A stretch of DNA of 64,000 bases. It comes from Candidatus Hadarchaeum sp. Its GTDB lineage: Archaea > Hadarchaeota > Hadarchaeia > Hadarchaeales > Hadarchaeaceae. The notes beneath the pieces are model-generated. The model worked only from the letters and a program-made list of their open reading frames with translations, did no database searches and was not told where the DNA came from. How positions within the stretch are numbered: position 1 is the first letter of the stretch; the number at the start of each line of letters is the position of its first letter. Made by a program: the position numbers and the translations under genes. This document shows, piece after piece, positions 55,499 through 64,000 of this stretch. The stretch is from assembly GCF_038871235.1 (NCBI RefSeq), contig NZ_JAVZIN010000002.1, forward strand, positions 64,001 to 128,000, in the 5' to 3' direction.

Positions 55499-56980
55499 TC
55501 AGCCTTTGGCGACTCCTATTGGCACCAGCCTTGCAACTTTCTTAGCTATGCCGGCTCGGTGGGTTATGTCAACCACCCTATCGATGTCCTTGTAGGCTTC
55601 CGGTGCCTCCTCAGCGATTACCGAAATCTTGGCGGCCCTGACGACCTTTCCCTCTGACTCTAGCTTGCGCTTGATGTCCTCTCCCCTGAAGTGCTTCAGC
55701 GCTGCGGTTCGGCTCATGTGCCGTCCAGCGCCGTGGGCAGTGGAGCCGAAGGTCTCCCTGTAACCCTGTTGGGTACCGACCATCACATAGGAAGCCGTTC
55801 CCATATCCCCTGGAATCAGCACCGGCTGGCCCACATCACGGTATATTGGTGGCACTTCAGGATGTCCAGCAGGGAAGGCCCTTGTGGCGCCCTTTCTGTG
55901 AACGCAAAGTTTTTTCTTTTCACCGTTCACCTCATGCTCCTCGATCTTGGCAATGTTGTGCGCAACATCATAGACAATGTGCAGGCCCAACGATTCGGCG
56001 TCCTTCTTCATGACCTCCTCAAATGACTGCCTCACCCAGTGGACTATCATTTGTCGGTTAGCCCAGGCGAAATTGGCGGCGCATCTCATCGCCGAAAGAT
56101 ATGCCTGCCCCTCGGGAGAGTTTACGGGAACGTTCACCAGTTCACGGTCGGGCAGGAAGATGTTATACCTTTTCACGGCACGCTCCATGGTGCGGAGGTA
56201 ATCGGAGCAAACCTGGTGCCCCAGACCTCGGGAACCGGTGTGGATCATCACCGTTACTTGGCCCTCGTGGTCTATGCCGAACCTCCGGGCTACCTCAGGG
56301 TCAAATATCTTATCAACCGTCTGAACTTCGAGAAAGTGATTTCCGCTGCCCAAGCTGCCGAGCTGGGGATAACCCCGCCTCTTGGCCTCGGTGCTAACAT
56401 CCTTGGCAGAAGCCCCGGGCATCCCGCCCCTTTCCTCAAGCCGATCTAGGTCCTCTTCCCAACCATATCCATTCTCCACGGCCCATCTCGCTCCCATCTC
56501 CAGAACTTGGTCGAGCTGAGACTGAGTCACCTTAACTTTGCCCTCACTACCCAACCCTGAGGGAACGTTCCTAAACAGTGAATCCACGAGCTCTCGAAGT
56601 TTTGGTATTACATCATCTTTGTCGAGTCCCGTGCGCAGAAGACGAACGCCACAGTTGATATCATAGCCTACGCCTCCTGGGCTGATAACGCCGGTCCCAA
56701 CATCCGTAGCGGCCACTCCTCCAATTGGAAAGCCGTAGCCCTGATGACCGTCAGGAAGTGTTATCGAGTAGCGGCAGATCCCCTGAAGTGAGGAAACGTT
56801 GGCGGCCTGTTCCAGCGTGAGGTCCCGCCTCATCTCGTTGAGCATCTCCTCGTCTGCATAGATTCTGGCGGGAACGCGCATCCAGTGCTTGTAATCTTTA
56901 GGTATCTCCCATCTCAACTCATCTATCTTCCTTATCGTCCCCTTCCACGGACCCGCGGCTGAAACAGCGCCTTCTTCCAC
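55499..56980 (-). CDS. rtcB: RNA/tRNA-splicing ligase RtcB
   Basis: [33 protein letters not shown] and HGAGR motifs; no intein. Confidence 0.98.
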   Translation of the reverse strand: MEEGAVSAAGPWKGTIRKIDELRWEIPKDYKHWMRVPARIYADEEMLNEMRRDLTLEQAANVSSLQGICRYSITLPDGHQGYGFPIGGVAATDVGTGVISPGGVGYDINCGVRLLRTGLDKDDVIPKLRELVDSLFRNVPSGLGSEGKVKVTQSQLDQVLEMGARWAVENGYGWEEDLDRLEERGGMPGASAKDVSTEAKRRGYPQLGSLGSGNHFLEVQTVDKIFDPEVARRFGIDHEGQVTVMIHTGSRGLGHQVCSDYLRTMERAVKRYNIFLPDRELVNVPVNSPEGQAYLSAMRCAANFAWANRQMIVHWVRQSFEEVMKKDAESLGLHIVYDVAHNIAKIEEHEVNGEKKKLCVHRKGATRAFPAGHPEVPPIYRDVGQPVLIPGDMGTASYVMVGTQQGYRETFGSTAHGAGRHMSRTAALKHFRGEDIKRKLESEGKVVRAAKISVIAEEAPEAYKDIDRVVDITHRAGIAKKVARLVPIGVAKG

Positions 56981-57041
56981 AATTACACCCAGTAGACATA
57001 GCTGAAGCCGTTAAATTAACTTTTGCTTTAAAATGGCCCGA

Positions 57042-57467
57042 TCAGATATCAACCACGGCTTGGACATAGGTGCCATCTTTCCCCTGCCCCACTTCCATCA
57101 GGTGATAGGTGACCGCTTTCACTGCCGTCCGCTCCGGATGCTTGGCTGGATCAAATTTCTCACCCCAGACCTGGGCCGAAAGCTTGAGTTCTCTCCGCGT
57201 TTTTTCTATCCCCGCCGTGAACCTTGAAAAGACCAAATTTTCCGAGTCATGAAAATAGATTAATCTGTCCAGCCAGTCATAAAGGAGCGCCAGCTCATCT
57301 TCCGCCGCCAGCTCCACATCCCGTCTTTCCTTGGGATCGACCTTGCTGGTGTCGACCATGATTTCGAAAAGTGCCAGTGCCGCGTTCTCGAAGGCCTCGG
57401 CTAGATCGCGGCCGTATGCCCTGAAGCCTATGTCGCTGGGATGTTCTATCCAATCGAATTTTTTCAT
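57042..57467 (-). CDS. Archease
   Basis: EHPSDIG, LAEAFENAA, VKAVTYH and C-terminal VDI. Confidence 0.95.
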   Translation of the reverse strand: MKKFDWIEHPSDIGFRAYGRDLAEAFENAALALFEIMVDTSKVDPKERRDVELAAEDELALLYDWLDRLIYFHDSENLVFSRFTAGIEKTRRELKLSAQVWGEKFDPAKHPERTAVKAVTYHLMEVGQGKDGTYVQAVVDI

Positions 57468-57523
57468 CAGACGCACCAACCCAAGACTGATTGGAAGAGC
57501 TCACAAATAACTGGGTGCCTTCG

Positions 57524-60079
57524 TTAAATATCCTTTTTAATAGCGTCGGGTTTCAGTGCCTTAAAGACCTCAAACCACACCACGCTCACCAAACCCGCTA
57601 CCAAACAGAGGAGCAGTTCAACGGGCTGAATGGTAGCGAGCTTGAAAACTGCCTGAAGCGCCGGGACATAAAGCAGAAACAGGATGAAAATGGAGGTGCC
57701 GCCCAAAATCAGCCAGAGTGGAAGGTTCCTCTTACCGATGGAGCCGAACATGCTCCTCGACCAAGAAAGGTTAGTCAGGATAAGACAAACATTAGCTATG
57801 ATGAGAGTGATGAAGGTAAGCGCCCGCGCCTTTTCCACTCCCATTCCGCTGTAGTGGGAAAACAAGAAGACGGAAAGGACAACGAGGAGTACCACTAGTC
57901 CCTGAAGGATGCCGAGGCCAAGTGTTCTTCTGGTAAACAGCTTCACCTTTGGATCTCTAGGGGGGCGCCTCATGACGTCTGGTTCTTCAGGTTGTGCCTC
58001 GAAGACCACCGAACAAGCAGGGTCGATTATCAGCTCGAGAAGGGCGACATGGACGGGCAGAAGGACCAAGGGCAGATTCAGCAGGACTGGTATTAAAGTG
58101 ATCCCGGCTATCGGGACGTGGATGGTAAAGATGTAGACCATTGCCTTCTTAATGTTGTCATAAATCCTCCGGCCGAGTCTTACGGCCTGAACTATGGAAG
58201 AAAAATTATCATCGGTTAGGACGAGCGAGGCAGCTTCTCGAGCGACATCGGTTCCCCTCTCTCCCATGGCCACACCTATGTTCGCTGCCTTCAGAGCTGG
58301 CGCGTCGTTGACCCCATCCCCAGTCATGGCCACCACCTCGCCATTGGCCTTGAGAGCCCTCACTATCCTCAGCTTCTGCTCGGGCGTCACCCTAGCATAA
58401 ACGTTTGAACTTCTCACGCACTCACCGAGCTCCTCGTCGCTCATTTTTTCCAAGTCGTTACCCGTCACAATCCCTCCATCGCATTTCAATCCGACTTCCT
58501 TGGCCACATGTAACGCCGTTCCGGGATAATCTCCAGTGATCATCACGACCCTGATTCCGGCGCTGTAACACTCCTCTATCGCCTCCTTGACCTCAAGCCT
58601 CGGGGGGTCCTTAAATCCCAACAGGCCGATGAAGTCGAACCTGAAATCATGCTGCTCGACCGGAAGGTCTATCTTCTTGAAATATGCCTTGGCAACCCCG
58701 ATCACACGCAACCCCTCGTCGGCCATCCTCGCCACAGCCTTCGAGATCTCCTCCGATCTCTCCTCGATGAGGTGACAGAGGTCGAAAACGGCCTCGGGAG
58801 CTCCCTTGGCCGCGATCACGTATTCTTCACCATCAGGGGAGCTCCAGACCTGTGACATGGCCAGCAGCTCCCTTGATAGCAGGTATTCCCTGACCAGCGT
58901 CCAGTCGCCGTGCACATGCTCGGTGTTCGCGATGTGTCTCTCGGACAATTGGCTTATCGCCCTCTCTATCGGGTCAACGGCGTCTCTTCTGCTGGCGAGA
59001 ACGGCGAACTCCAGCAGTCCGTGAAACTTTTCCGGCAGCGGTCTACTTTCATCGACATCATAGAACTCGCCGTCAACGAACATCTTCTTAAGCGTCATCC
59101 GGTTCTGGGTTAAAGTTCCAGTCTTATCGACACAGAGCACCGTTGCCGCACCCAGCGTTTCCAAAGCCGCGACCCGACGCGTAAGCACCCTCTGTTTAGA
59201 TATCCGCCAAGCACCGAGGGCTAGGAAGACCGTCAAGATAACTGGGAACTCTTCCGGGATGATCGCCATCGCAAGAGTAAGACCGGCCAGTATTCCATGA
59301 AACCAATCCAACCTAGTAATACTGTAAACTAGGATGACAATGATGCTGAGAAGAAGTCCGAGAAGTGCGATGTTTCGGACGAGCCTCCTGGTCTCCCTCT
59401 GCAGGGAGGTATCCTCGGGCTTGAGACCCTCCAGCGACCTGCCTATCTTCCCCATCTCGGTGTTTAAACCGGTGGTGACGACCCTAGCATATCCGTAACC
59501 TTGGACCACCAAAGTACCCGAGTAAACGAACGGCTGATCATCCCCTCCCGGTCTTCCGATCCTAGCAACCCCATCCCATGCCTTTTTCCTCACCGGGGCT
59601 GATTCTCCCGTCAGCAGCGACTCATCAACGAGAAGGTGCATCGAGTCTAGGACAATGGCGTCGGCGGGCACTCGATCGCCCTCCCTAAGCAAGAGCAAGT
59701 CCTCCCGAACCACCTCCCGACCTGGAATCCTGACCAGCTCTCTGCCTCGGATGACTAGGGCACGCGGACTGGAGAGGTTCCTCAAAGTCTCAAGCGCGCT
59801 TTCCGTCTTCCTCTCCTGATAAATGGTTATACCGATGATCACGAAAACGAAGCTCATCAGGACAAATGCTTCCTCCAAATCCCCTAGGATCATGTAGAGC
59901 GTTCCGATGGTGATCAGAAGAAGAAACATCGGCTCCTTGAGAACTCCGATAATTATCCTCAGGGCACCTCTCTTCTCGCCGCGTGGCAGCTCGTTGTATC
60001 CTTCTTCTCTAAGCCTTCTAGCGGCCTCCTCTTCAGACAATCCTTGGAGGCCAGCCAAATGGTTAAAATTATTTCCCAT
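57524..60079 (-). CDS. Type II P-type cation-transporting ATPase (Ca2+/Mg2+-like)
   Basis: TGES, IPEEFP, DKTGTLT, KGAPE, TGD and GDGVNDAP motifs. Confidence 0.93.
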   Translation of the reverse strand: MGNNFNHLAGLQGLSEEEAARRLREEGYNELPRGEKRGALRIIIGVLKEPMFLLLITIGTLYMILGDLEEAFVLMSFVFVIIGITIYQERKTESALETLRNLSSPRALVIRGRELVRIPGREVVREDLLLLREGDRVPADAIVLDSMHLLVDESLLTGESAPVRKKAWDGVARIGRPGGDDQPFVYSGTLVVQGYGYARVVTTGLNTEMGKIGRSLEGLKPEDTSLQRETRRLVRNIALLGLLLSIIVILVYSITRLDWFHGILAGLTLAMAIIPEEFPVILTVFLALGAWRISKQRVLTRRVAALETLGAATVLCVDKTGTLTQNRMTLKKMFVDGEFYDVDESRPLPEKFHGLLEFAVLASRRDAVDPIERAISQLSERHIANTEHVHGDWTLVREYLLSRELLAMSQVWSSPDGEEYVIAAKGAPEAVFDLCHLIEERSEEISKAVARMADEGLRVIGVAKAYFKKIDLPVEQHDFRFDFIGLLGFKDPPRLEVKEAIEECYSAGIRVVMITGDYPGTALHVAKEVGLKCDGGIVTGNDLEKMSDEELGECVRSSNVYARVTPEQKLRIVRALKANGEVVAMTGDGVNDAPALKAANIGVAMGERGTDVAREAASLVLTDDNFSSIVQAVRLGRRIYDNIKKAMVYIFTIHVPIAGITLIPVLLNLPLVLLPVHVALLELIIDPACSVVFEAQPEEPDVMRRPPRDPKVKLFTRRTLGLGILQGLVVLLVVLSVFLFSHYSGMGVEKARALTFITLIIANVCLILTNLSWSRSMFGSIGKRNLPLWLILGGTSIFILFLLYVPALQAVFKLATIQPVELLLCLVAGLVSVVWFEVFKALKPDAIKKDI

Positions 60080-60211
60080 TTCTTGATAGTAGTGCGCTGT
60101 TTGCTTTTAAGGATATTGAAACCTTCAGCGTGGTTTTGAATCATCGAGCACTACCTAATTGGGGAAAACTGTTGTCAAAGTGGAGTTTTGTTCCGATTCA
60201 TTAGCTCAAGG

Positions 60212-60296
60212 CGCCGGGGAGGGGATTTGAACCCCTGCGGCCCGATGGGCCATACGCTCTCAAGGCGTACGCCTTACCTGGCTTGGCTACCCCGGC
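60212..60296 (-). tRNA. tRNA-Ser(UGA)
   Basis: GCCGGGG acceptor, TACGC-CTTGAGA-GCGTA arm, long variable arm, GGTTCAAATCC. Confidence 0.95.
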
Positions 60297-60350
60297 CCAC
60301 TAACTACTGAAAATATCTTGGATAAATTCTTACCTGAGCCGAGGCCCGTT

Positions 60351-60941
60351 TCACTTCGTCTTTATCGAGAAAAAGGCCGCCGTCAGAAGGATAAATGAAA
60401 TCCAGATGAGCAGAAAGCCGACCACCACTATGGTCAAGATAGCACCTATCAACATGATCGTCCCGGCGGTGGCGAACAGCTGGACATTCGTCTTGTCGCT
60501 CAAGATATTCAGCGTCCTTCTGAAATATATCACGGCAATAAGGAAGCAGACGAAGATCACGGCCAGCGCGGCCACGATACCGGCTAAGAAGGGCCAAAAG
60601 CCGGGAGTTAACACGCCCATAAACATGCGGCCCATTCCAGTCCAATTGGGATTGAGGATATCAATTCCAACTTGAGAGAAGAACCGCAGCGCCGTCAAAA
60701 TCACGATGACCAGCGCGACCACCACACCCACGACGGCAATCACAAACCCGTAAAGCGCATTGCTGAATATTTTCTTCTCCCTAAAATCCCTCGCCATGCC
60801 ACTCAGGGCAATGAGTAACAGCACTAGTCCTACCAGTCCAAGCACCCCTGCTGCCGCACCCATCGCTATGGGGGACAAAACTACCAACAGGGCCCCCACG
60901 CCGCCCAAGTTCTTGTGAGATTCAAGCGTCATCACTGCCAA
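60351..60941 (-). CDS. DUF996-like membrane protein
   Basis: K.LGGVGALL start, F.TAG....GAILTIV.VGF, AFFS end; 5-6 TMs. Confidence 0.8.
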   Translation of the reverse strand: MAVMTLESHKNLGGVGALLVVLSPIAMGAAAGVLGLVGLVLLLIALSGMARDFREKKIFSNALYGFVIAVVGVVVALVIVILTALRFFSQVGIDILNPNWTGMGRMFMGVLTPGFWPFLAGIVAALAVIFVCFLIAVIYFRRTLNILSDKTNVQLFATAGTIMLIGAILTIVVVGFLLIWISFILLTAAFFSIKTK

Positions 60942-61075
60942 CTTAGTTTACCTGAAAATAAAGGTTTCCACGACCAAAAGATTTTTGACTTGGATGAGGA
61001 AAAGTGATTCTGAAAAAAGCGCCGAGGTTAAATGCCGGTGGACAAACTCCTTTACTTTGTTGATTGGACTAGCTG

Positions 61076-61615
61076 GTGTGGGAGATGTATATCCGAATAC
61101 CTGTAGATAGAATTGGGGCCGCCATCGGGCCTAATGGCGAGATAAAGAAGGAAATCGAGCGCCGCACCTCCGCCAAGCTAACCTTCGACAGCGAGTCGGG
61201 CTGCGTGAAAATTGAGGCCGGGAATGATCCGTTAGGCGCATTAAAAGCCGAGAACGTCCTCAAGGCGATTGCCCGAGGGTTCAGCTCGCAGCGGGCTTTC
61301 AGGCTGTTCGATGACGATCAGCTCCTAGAGATTGTGGACATCACCGATTTCGCCGGGGACTCGGAACGCGCCATCGCCCGGTTGAAAGGCAGGGTCATTG
61401 GCGAAAAGGGAAAGACCCGAGAGACTATTGAGCGCCTGACCGACACTTACATTTCAATTTACGGAAAAACAGTTGCCGCCATCGGGAACGCCGAACAGGT
61501 GGCGGTGGCTCGAGAGGCCATTGAGATGCTGCTGAGCGGGAGGGAACACGCAACCGTCTACAGATTCCTGGAGAAAAAACGTCGAAAGAACCAGAGGGGA
61601 CCGCCGCAGTTCTGA
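61076..61615 (+). CDS. KH-domain rRNA-processing protein Dim2/PNO1
   Basis: RIGAAIGPNG, AIARGFS, GRVIGEKGK and H.TVY.FL motifs. Confidence 0.94.
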   Translation: MWEMYIRIPVDRIGAAIGPNGEIKKEIERRTSAKLTFDSESGCVKIEAGNDPLGALKAENVLKAIARGFSSQRAFRLFDDDQLLEIVDITDFAGDSERAIARLKGRVIGEKGKTRETIERLTDTYISIYGKTVAAIGNAEQVAVAREAIEMLLSGREHATVYRFLEKKRRKNQRGPPQF

Positions 61616-61663
61616 GGCCCGAGTCTGGGATAACACTTTTATAGTAACTTTAACAACTTTACT

Positions 61664-61825
61664 ATGATGAGTAAAGATACTAAAAACACTAAAGTTACTC
61701 TCAAGGTGGACGACGACACGCACCGAAAGCTGCTCGAGGTGGTCTCGAAGCTTCAGATCAAGAAGGGCAGAAGGGTCACCATGGACGAGGCGATTAAGGA
61801 GCTGATAAACCATGCTGGATATTAG
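61664..61825 (+). CDS. Small ribbon-helix-helix-like protein (53 aa), not in the ORF track
   Basis: Hand translation MMSKDTKNTKVTLKVDDDTHRKLLEVVSKLQIKKGRRVTMDEAIKELINHAGY; TTTTATA about 25 nt upstream. Confidence 0.7.
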   Translation: MMSKDTKNTKVTLKVDDDTHRKLLEVVSKLQIKKGRRVTMDEAIKELINHAGY

Positions 61826-61936
61826 GTTGTGCTGCGGGGAGCGAACACGGGCTTCATGGTGGAGAATAGTTTCAGCGCCCCCACGCCCAAACTCGTTTAT
61901 ACAGGGCGGGGAAAATGGGGCTCCGGTGGCGGATCC

Positions 61937-63505
61937 ATGAAGAGCCTTGCCGACGAACTTTTCGCCGATTTCAGGGAGCACAGCGTCAGCGAATTTTTCC
62001 GCAGAAACGCTGCCATGCTCGGCTATACCGGCAAGATTCGCTCGCTGACGACGATCGTCCACGAAGGCGTGACCAACGCAATCGATGCGGCTGAAGAGGC
62101 CGGAATTTTGCCCAAAGTGACTGTTATGATAAAAAGGGTGAACGATGAACCTGAACATTTCAGGATCGTCATCGAGGACAACGCCTCAGGCATCCCGGAA
62201 CAATATATTCCCGACGTTTTCGGCAAGATGCTCGCCGGAACCAAGCTGCACCGAGCCATGCAGCAGCGCGGACAGCAGGGCATAGGTATTTCCGGCTGCG
62301 TGATGTTCGGACAGATAACCTCAGGCAAGCCGGCGACGGTTGTCACCTCCACCGGCAATGGCGAGGTCGTTCGTGCGGATGTCATGATCGACGTCGACAG
62401 GAACCAAGGTAAGATCATCAACAAGGAGAAGTTCAAGGAGAAGTGGCGGGGCACTAGAGTTGAGATCGAGGCGAAAGAAGTGGCTTACATGCGCTCCCGC
62501 TACGGTCCCTTCAACTACCTGCGCATGACCGCTATCGCCAATCCTCACGTGAGGATAACCTTCATTGAACCCGACGGCACCCTCACCATCTTCGAAAATG
62601 CCACCGACAAGATCCCGGAGCGACCCAAGCCCATGCCCCTGCACCCTTGGGGGATAATGTCCGACGATCTGCTGGTGCTGGCCAAGCGCACCAAGGCCCG
62701 AACCGTATCCGGACTTCTCTCCACGGAACTCTCCCGGGTGAGCAAGCAGAAGGCGGACGAGGTTTGCCGGCTCGCCAACGTCTCACCTGAAAAGAAGCCA
62801 TCAGAACTGACCTGGGAGGAGGCCGAGAGAATCGTCTCCGCCTTCAAACAGGTTAAACTTCTGGCCCCGCCGACTTCCGGGCTCAGGCCGATAGGCGCGG
62901 CCGAGCTGGAGAACGGCATGCGCCAGATATTGAACCCCGAGTTCGTCTACACGCTCACCCGACCGCCGAAGGTGTACCGGGGTGGCCTGCCCTTCATCGT
63001 CGAAGTCGGAATCGCCTACGGCGGCAATGCCGGGAAGTCGCTCGAGAGCAAGGGCGACAATGAAAGCACCGAGGGAGAGGTGGGGATGGACCTCATCAGG
63101 TTTGCCAACCGGGCTCCGCTCATCTTTGACCAGGGGGGTTGCGCCATCACGGCCGCCGCCCGGAGCATCGACTGGCGCCGCTACGGTGTGGATATTACCA
63201 ATGCCCCGCTGACGCTCTTCGTCAACATCTCCTCGGCCTATGTCCCCTACACCTCGGCGGGTAAACAATCCATCGCTGACGAGCCCGAAATCGTGAACGA
63301 GATCAGGACGGCGGTAATGGAGGCCGCCCGCGAGCTGAAAAAATTCCTCTACCGAAGGCTCAAGGCCAAGGAGAGGCAGGAGCGGGCGGGCATCTTCGAA
63401 AGGTTCCTACCGGTGGTCGCCCGAAAGGCCGCGAGGCTGGCCAGTGTGGAGGAGCCCGACATCAAACCCCTGCTGAAGAAAATCGCGGGTGTTGACCATG
63501 ACTAA
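61937..63505 (+). CDS. top6B: DNA topoisomerase VI subunit B (start reassigned to 61937)
   Basis: SVSEFF, E...NAIDA, DNASGI, QRGQQGIG and RFANRAPL motifs. Confidence 0.97.
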   Translation: MKSLADELFADFREHSVSEFFRRNAAMLGYTGKIRSLTTIVHEGVTNAIDAAEEAGILPKVTVMIKRVNDEPEHFRIVIEDNASGIPEQYIPDVFGKMLAGTKLHRAMQQRGQQGIGISGCVMFGQITSGKPATVVTSTGNGEVVRADVMIDVDRNQGKIINKEKFKEKWRGTRVEIEAKEVAYMRSRYGPFNYLRMTAIANPHVRITFIEPDGTLTIFENATDKIPERPKPMPLHPWGIMSDDLLVLAKRTKARTVSGLLSTELSRVSKQKADEVCRLANVSPEKKPSELTWEEAERIVSAFKQVKLLAPPTSGLRPIGAAELENGMRQILNPEFVYTLTRPPKVYRGGLPFIVEVGIAYGGNAGKSLESKGDNESTEGEVGMDLIRFANRAPLIFDQGGCAITAAARSIDWRRYGVDITNAPLTLFVNISSAYVPYTSAGKQSIADEPEIVNEIRTAVMEAARELKKFLYRRLKAKERQERAGIFERFLPVVARKAARLASVEEPDIKPLLKKIAGVDHD

Positions 63506-64000
63506 AGACGCCACCTCCCTGGAGCCAAAACACCGCAAGAAGGCGCTGCAGGCCCTAGCCGAGCTGGGCCGGAAAATTGTCGAGGATATCAGAAATGTCC
63601 AACCGCCGAAGCTGAAGATTCCATCCAGGAGCACCTCAAACATCATCTACGACAAGAAGAACCGCTATTTTGTCCTCGGGCCCAGATATGGGATCAGGTC
63701 GGCGGGAAGCATGAAGCAAATCAAGAAGGTGGCGCAGCTCCTCTGCACGGCCGACTTCGCCCGGGAACTCATCGAGAGCGGCAAGTTCGCCACGCTCCGG
63801 GAGATGTACTACACGGCCGAGGGATGGGAGGCCGGCCCCTTCCACGACCAGAGCGAGTCTGATGCTATCATCGAAGACCTTGAGGCGACGTTCGGATTGA
63901 AGAGGGAGAGCCTTGGACTGATGCCGGAGGAAGATGGTGCCGCCGTTTACGGCCAGATCGTCTTTCGCGAGGGTGATGTGACCATTGACGCCACCAAGGC
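63498..64000 (+). CDS. top6A: DNA topoisomerase VI subunit A (truncated by the window end)
   Basis: Hand translation contains IPSRSTSNI, TLREMYY (catalytic Tyr) and QSESDAIIEDLE. Confidence 0.93.
   Translation, partial: MTKDATSLEPKHRKKALQALAELGRKIVEDIRNVQPPKLKIPSRSTSNIIYDKKNRYFVLGPRYGIRSAGSMKQIKKVAQLLCTADFARELIESGKFATLREMYYTAEGWEAGPFHDQSESDAIIEDLEATFGLKRESLGLMPEEDGAAVYGQIVFREGDVTIDATK

Noticed and set aside
57524-60079. Functional link between the P-type ATPase and the SecY Ca-binding-like loop
   Set aside because: They lie about 15 kb apart, the ion specificity is uncertain, and the sequence gives no evidence of coupling.
38361-60244. 35-nt identical direct repeat (38361-38395 and 60210-60244) resembling attL/attR
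   Set aside because: Both copies are 3' halves of complete tRNA-Ser genes; the interval holds essential r-protein genes and no integrase.
60212-60296. Possible selenocysteine tRNA
   Set aside because: The anticodon is UGA (reads UCA, Ser), not UCA, and the acceptor stem is a normal 7 bp.
61454-62158. 234-aa minus-strand ORF
   Set aside because: Antisense to dim2, the RHH gene and top6B; no family features.

Overview
Archaeal chromosomal window. Evidence: thermosome, aEF-1alpha, split RpoA1/RpoA2 with a single fused RpoB, topoisomerase VI, archaeal r-proteins and TATA/BRE promoters. The gene content suggests a Euryarchaeota-like lineage (possibly Hadarchaeota-like), but this is an inference. 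From left to right: htpX-lemA; a type IV pilus locus; thermosome; pdaD and AMP phosphorylase; trpEGDCFBA; divergent leuA/cimA; aIF-1A-RIO1; then about 39 kb almost entirely on the minus strand, holding the S10/spc/alpha r-protein clusters, a non-oxidative pentose phosphate cluster, the rpo/str cluster, rtcB-archease, a P-type ATPase and three tRNAs; and finally dim2, a small RHH gene, top6B and a truncated top6A. Four genes missing from the ORF track were read by hand: aIF1/SUI1, rps14, the 53-aa RHH gene and top6A. Best leads: (1) aIF1, the start-codon fidelity factor, has no AUG/GUG/UUG start and appears to begin at CUG, overlapped by an out-of-frame AUG mini-ORF, which makes a candidate autoregulatory loop; (2) SecY carries a triple DxNxNG Ca-binding-like insertion before the plug, and the neighbouring Oxa1-family insertase has gained a signal peptide and an extracytoplasmic domain; (3) TrpY-type boxes upstream of trpE, with an orphan gene at the trpY position; (4) large rearrangements (aEF-2, adk and rpoD are absent from their usual positions, and the aIF1A-RIO1-dim2-top6 cluster is split). 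No CRISPR array, rRNA or transposase was seen.
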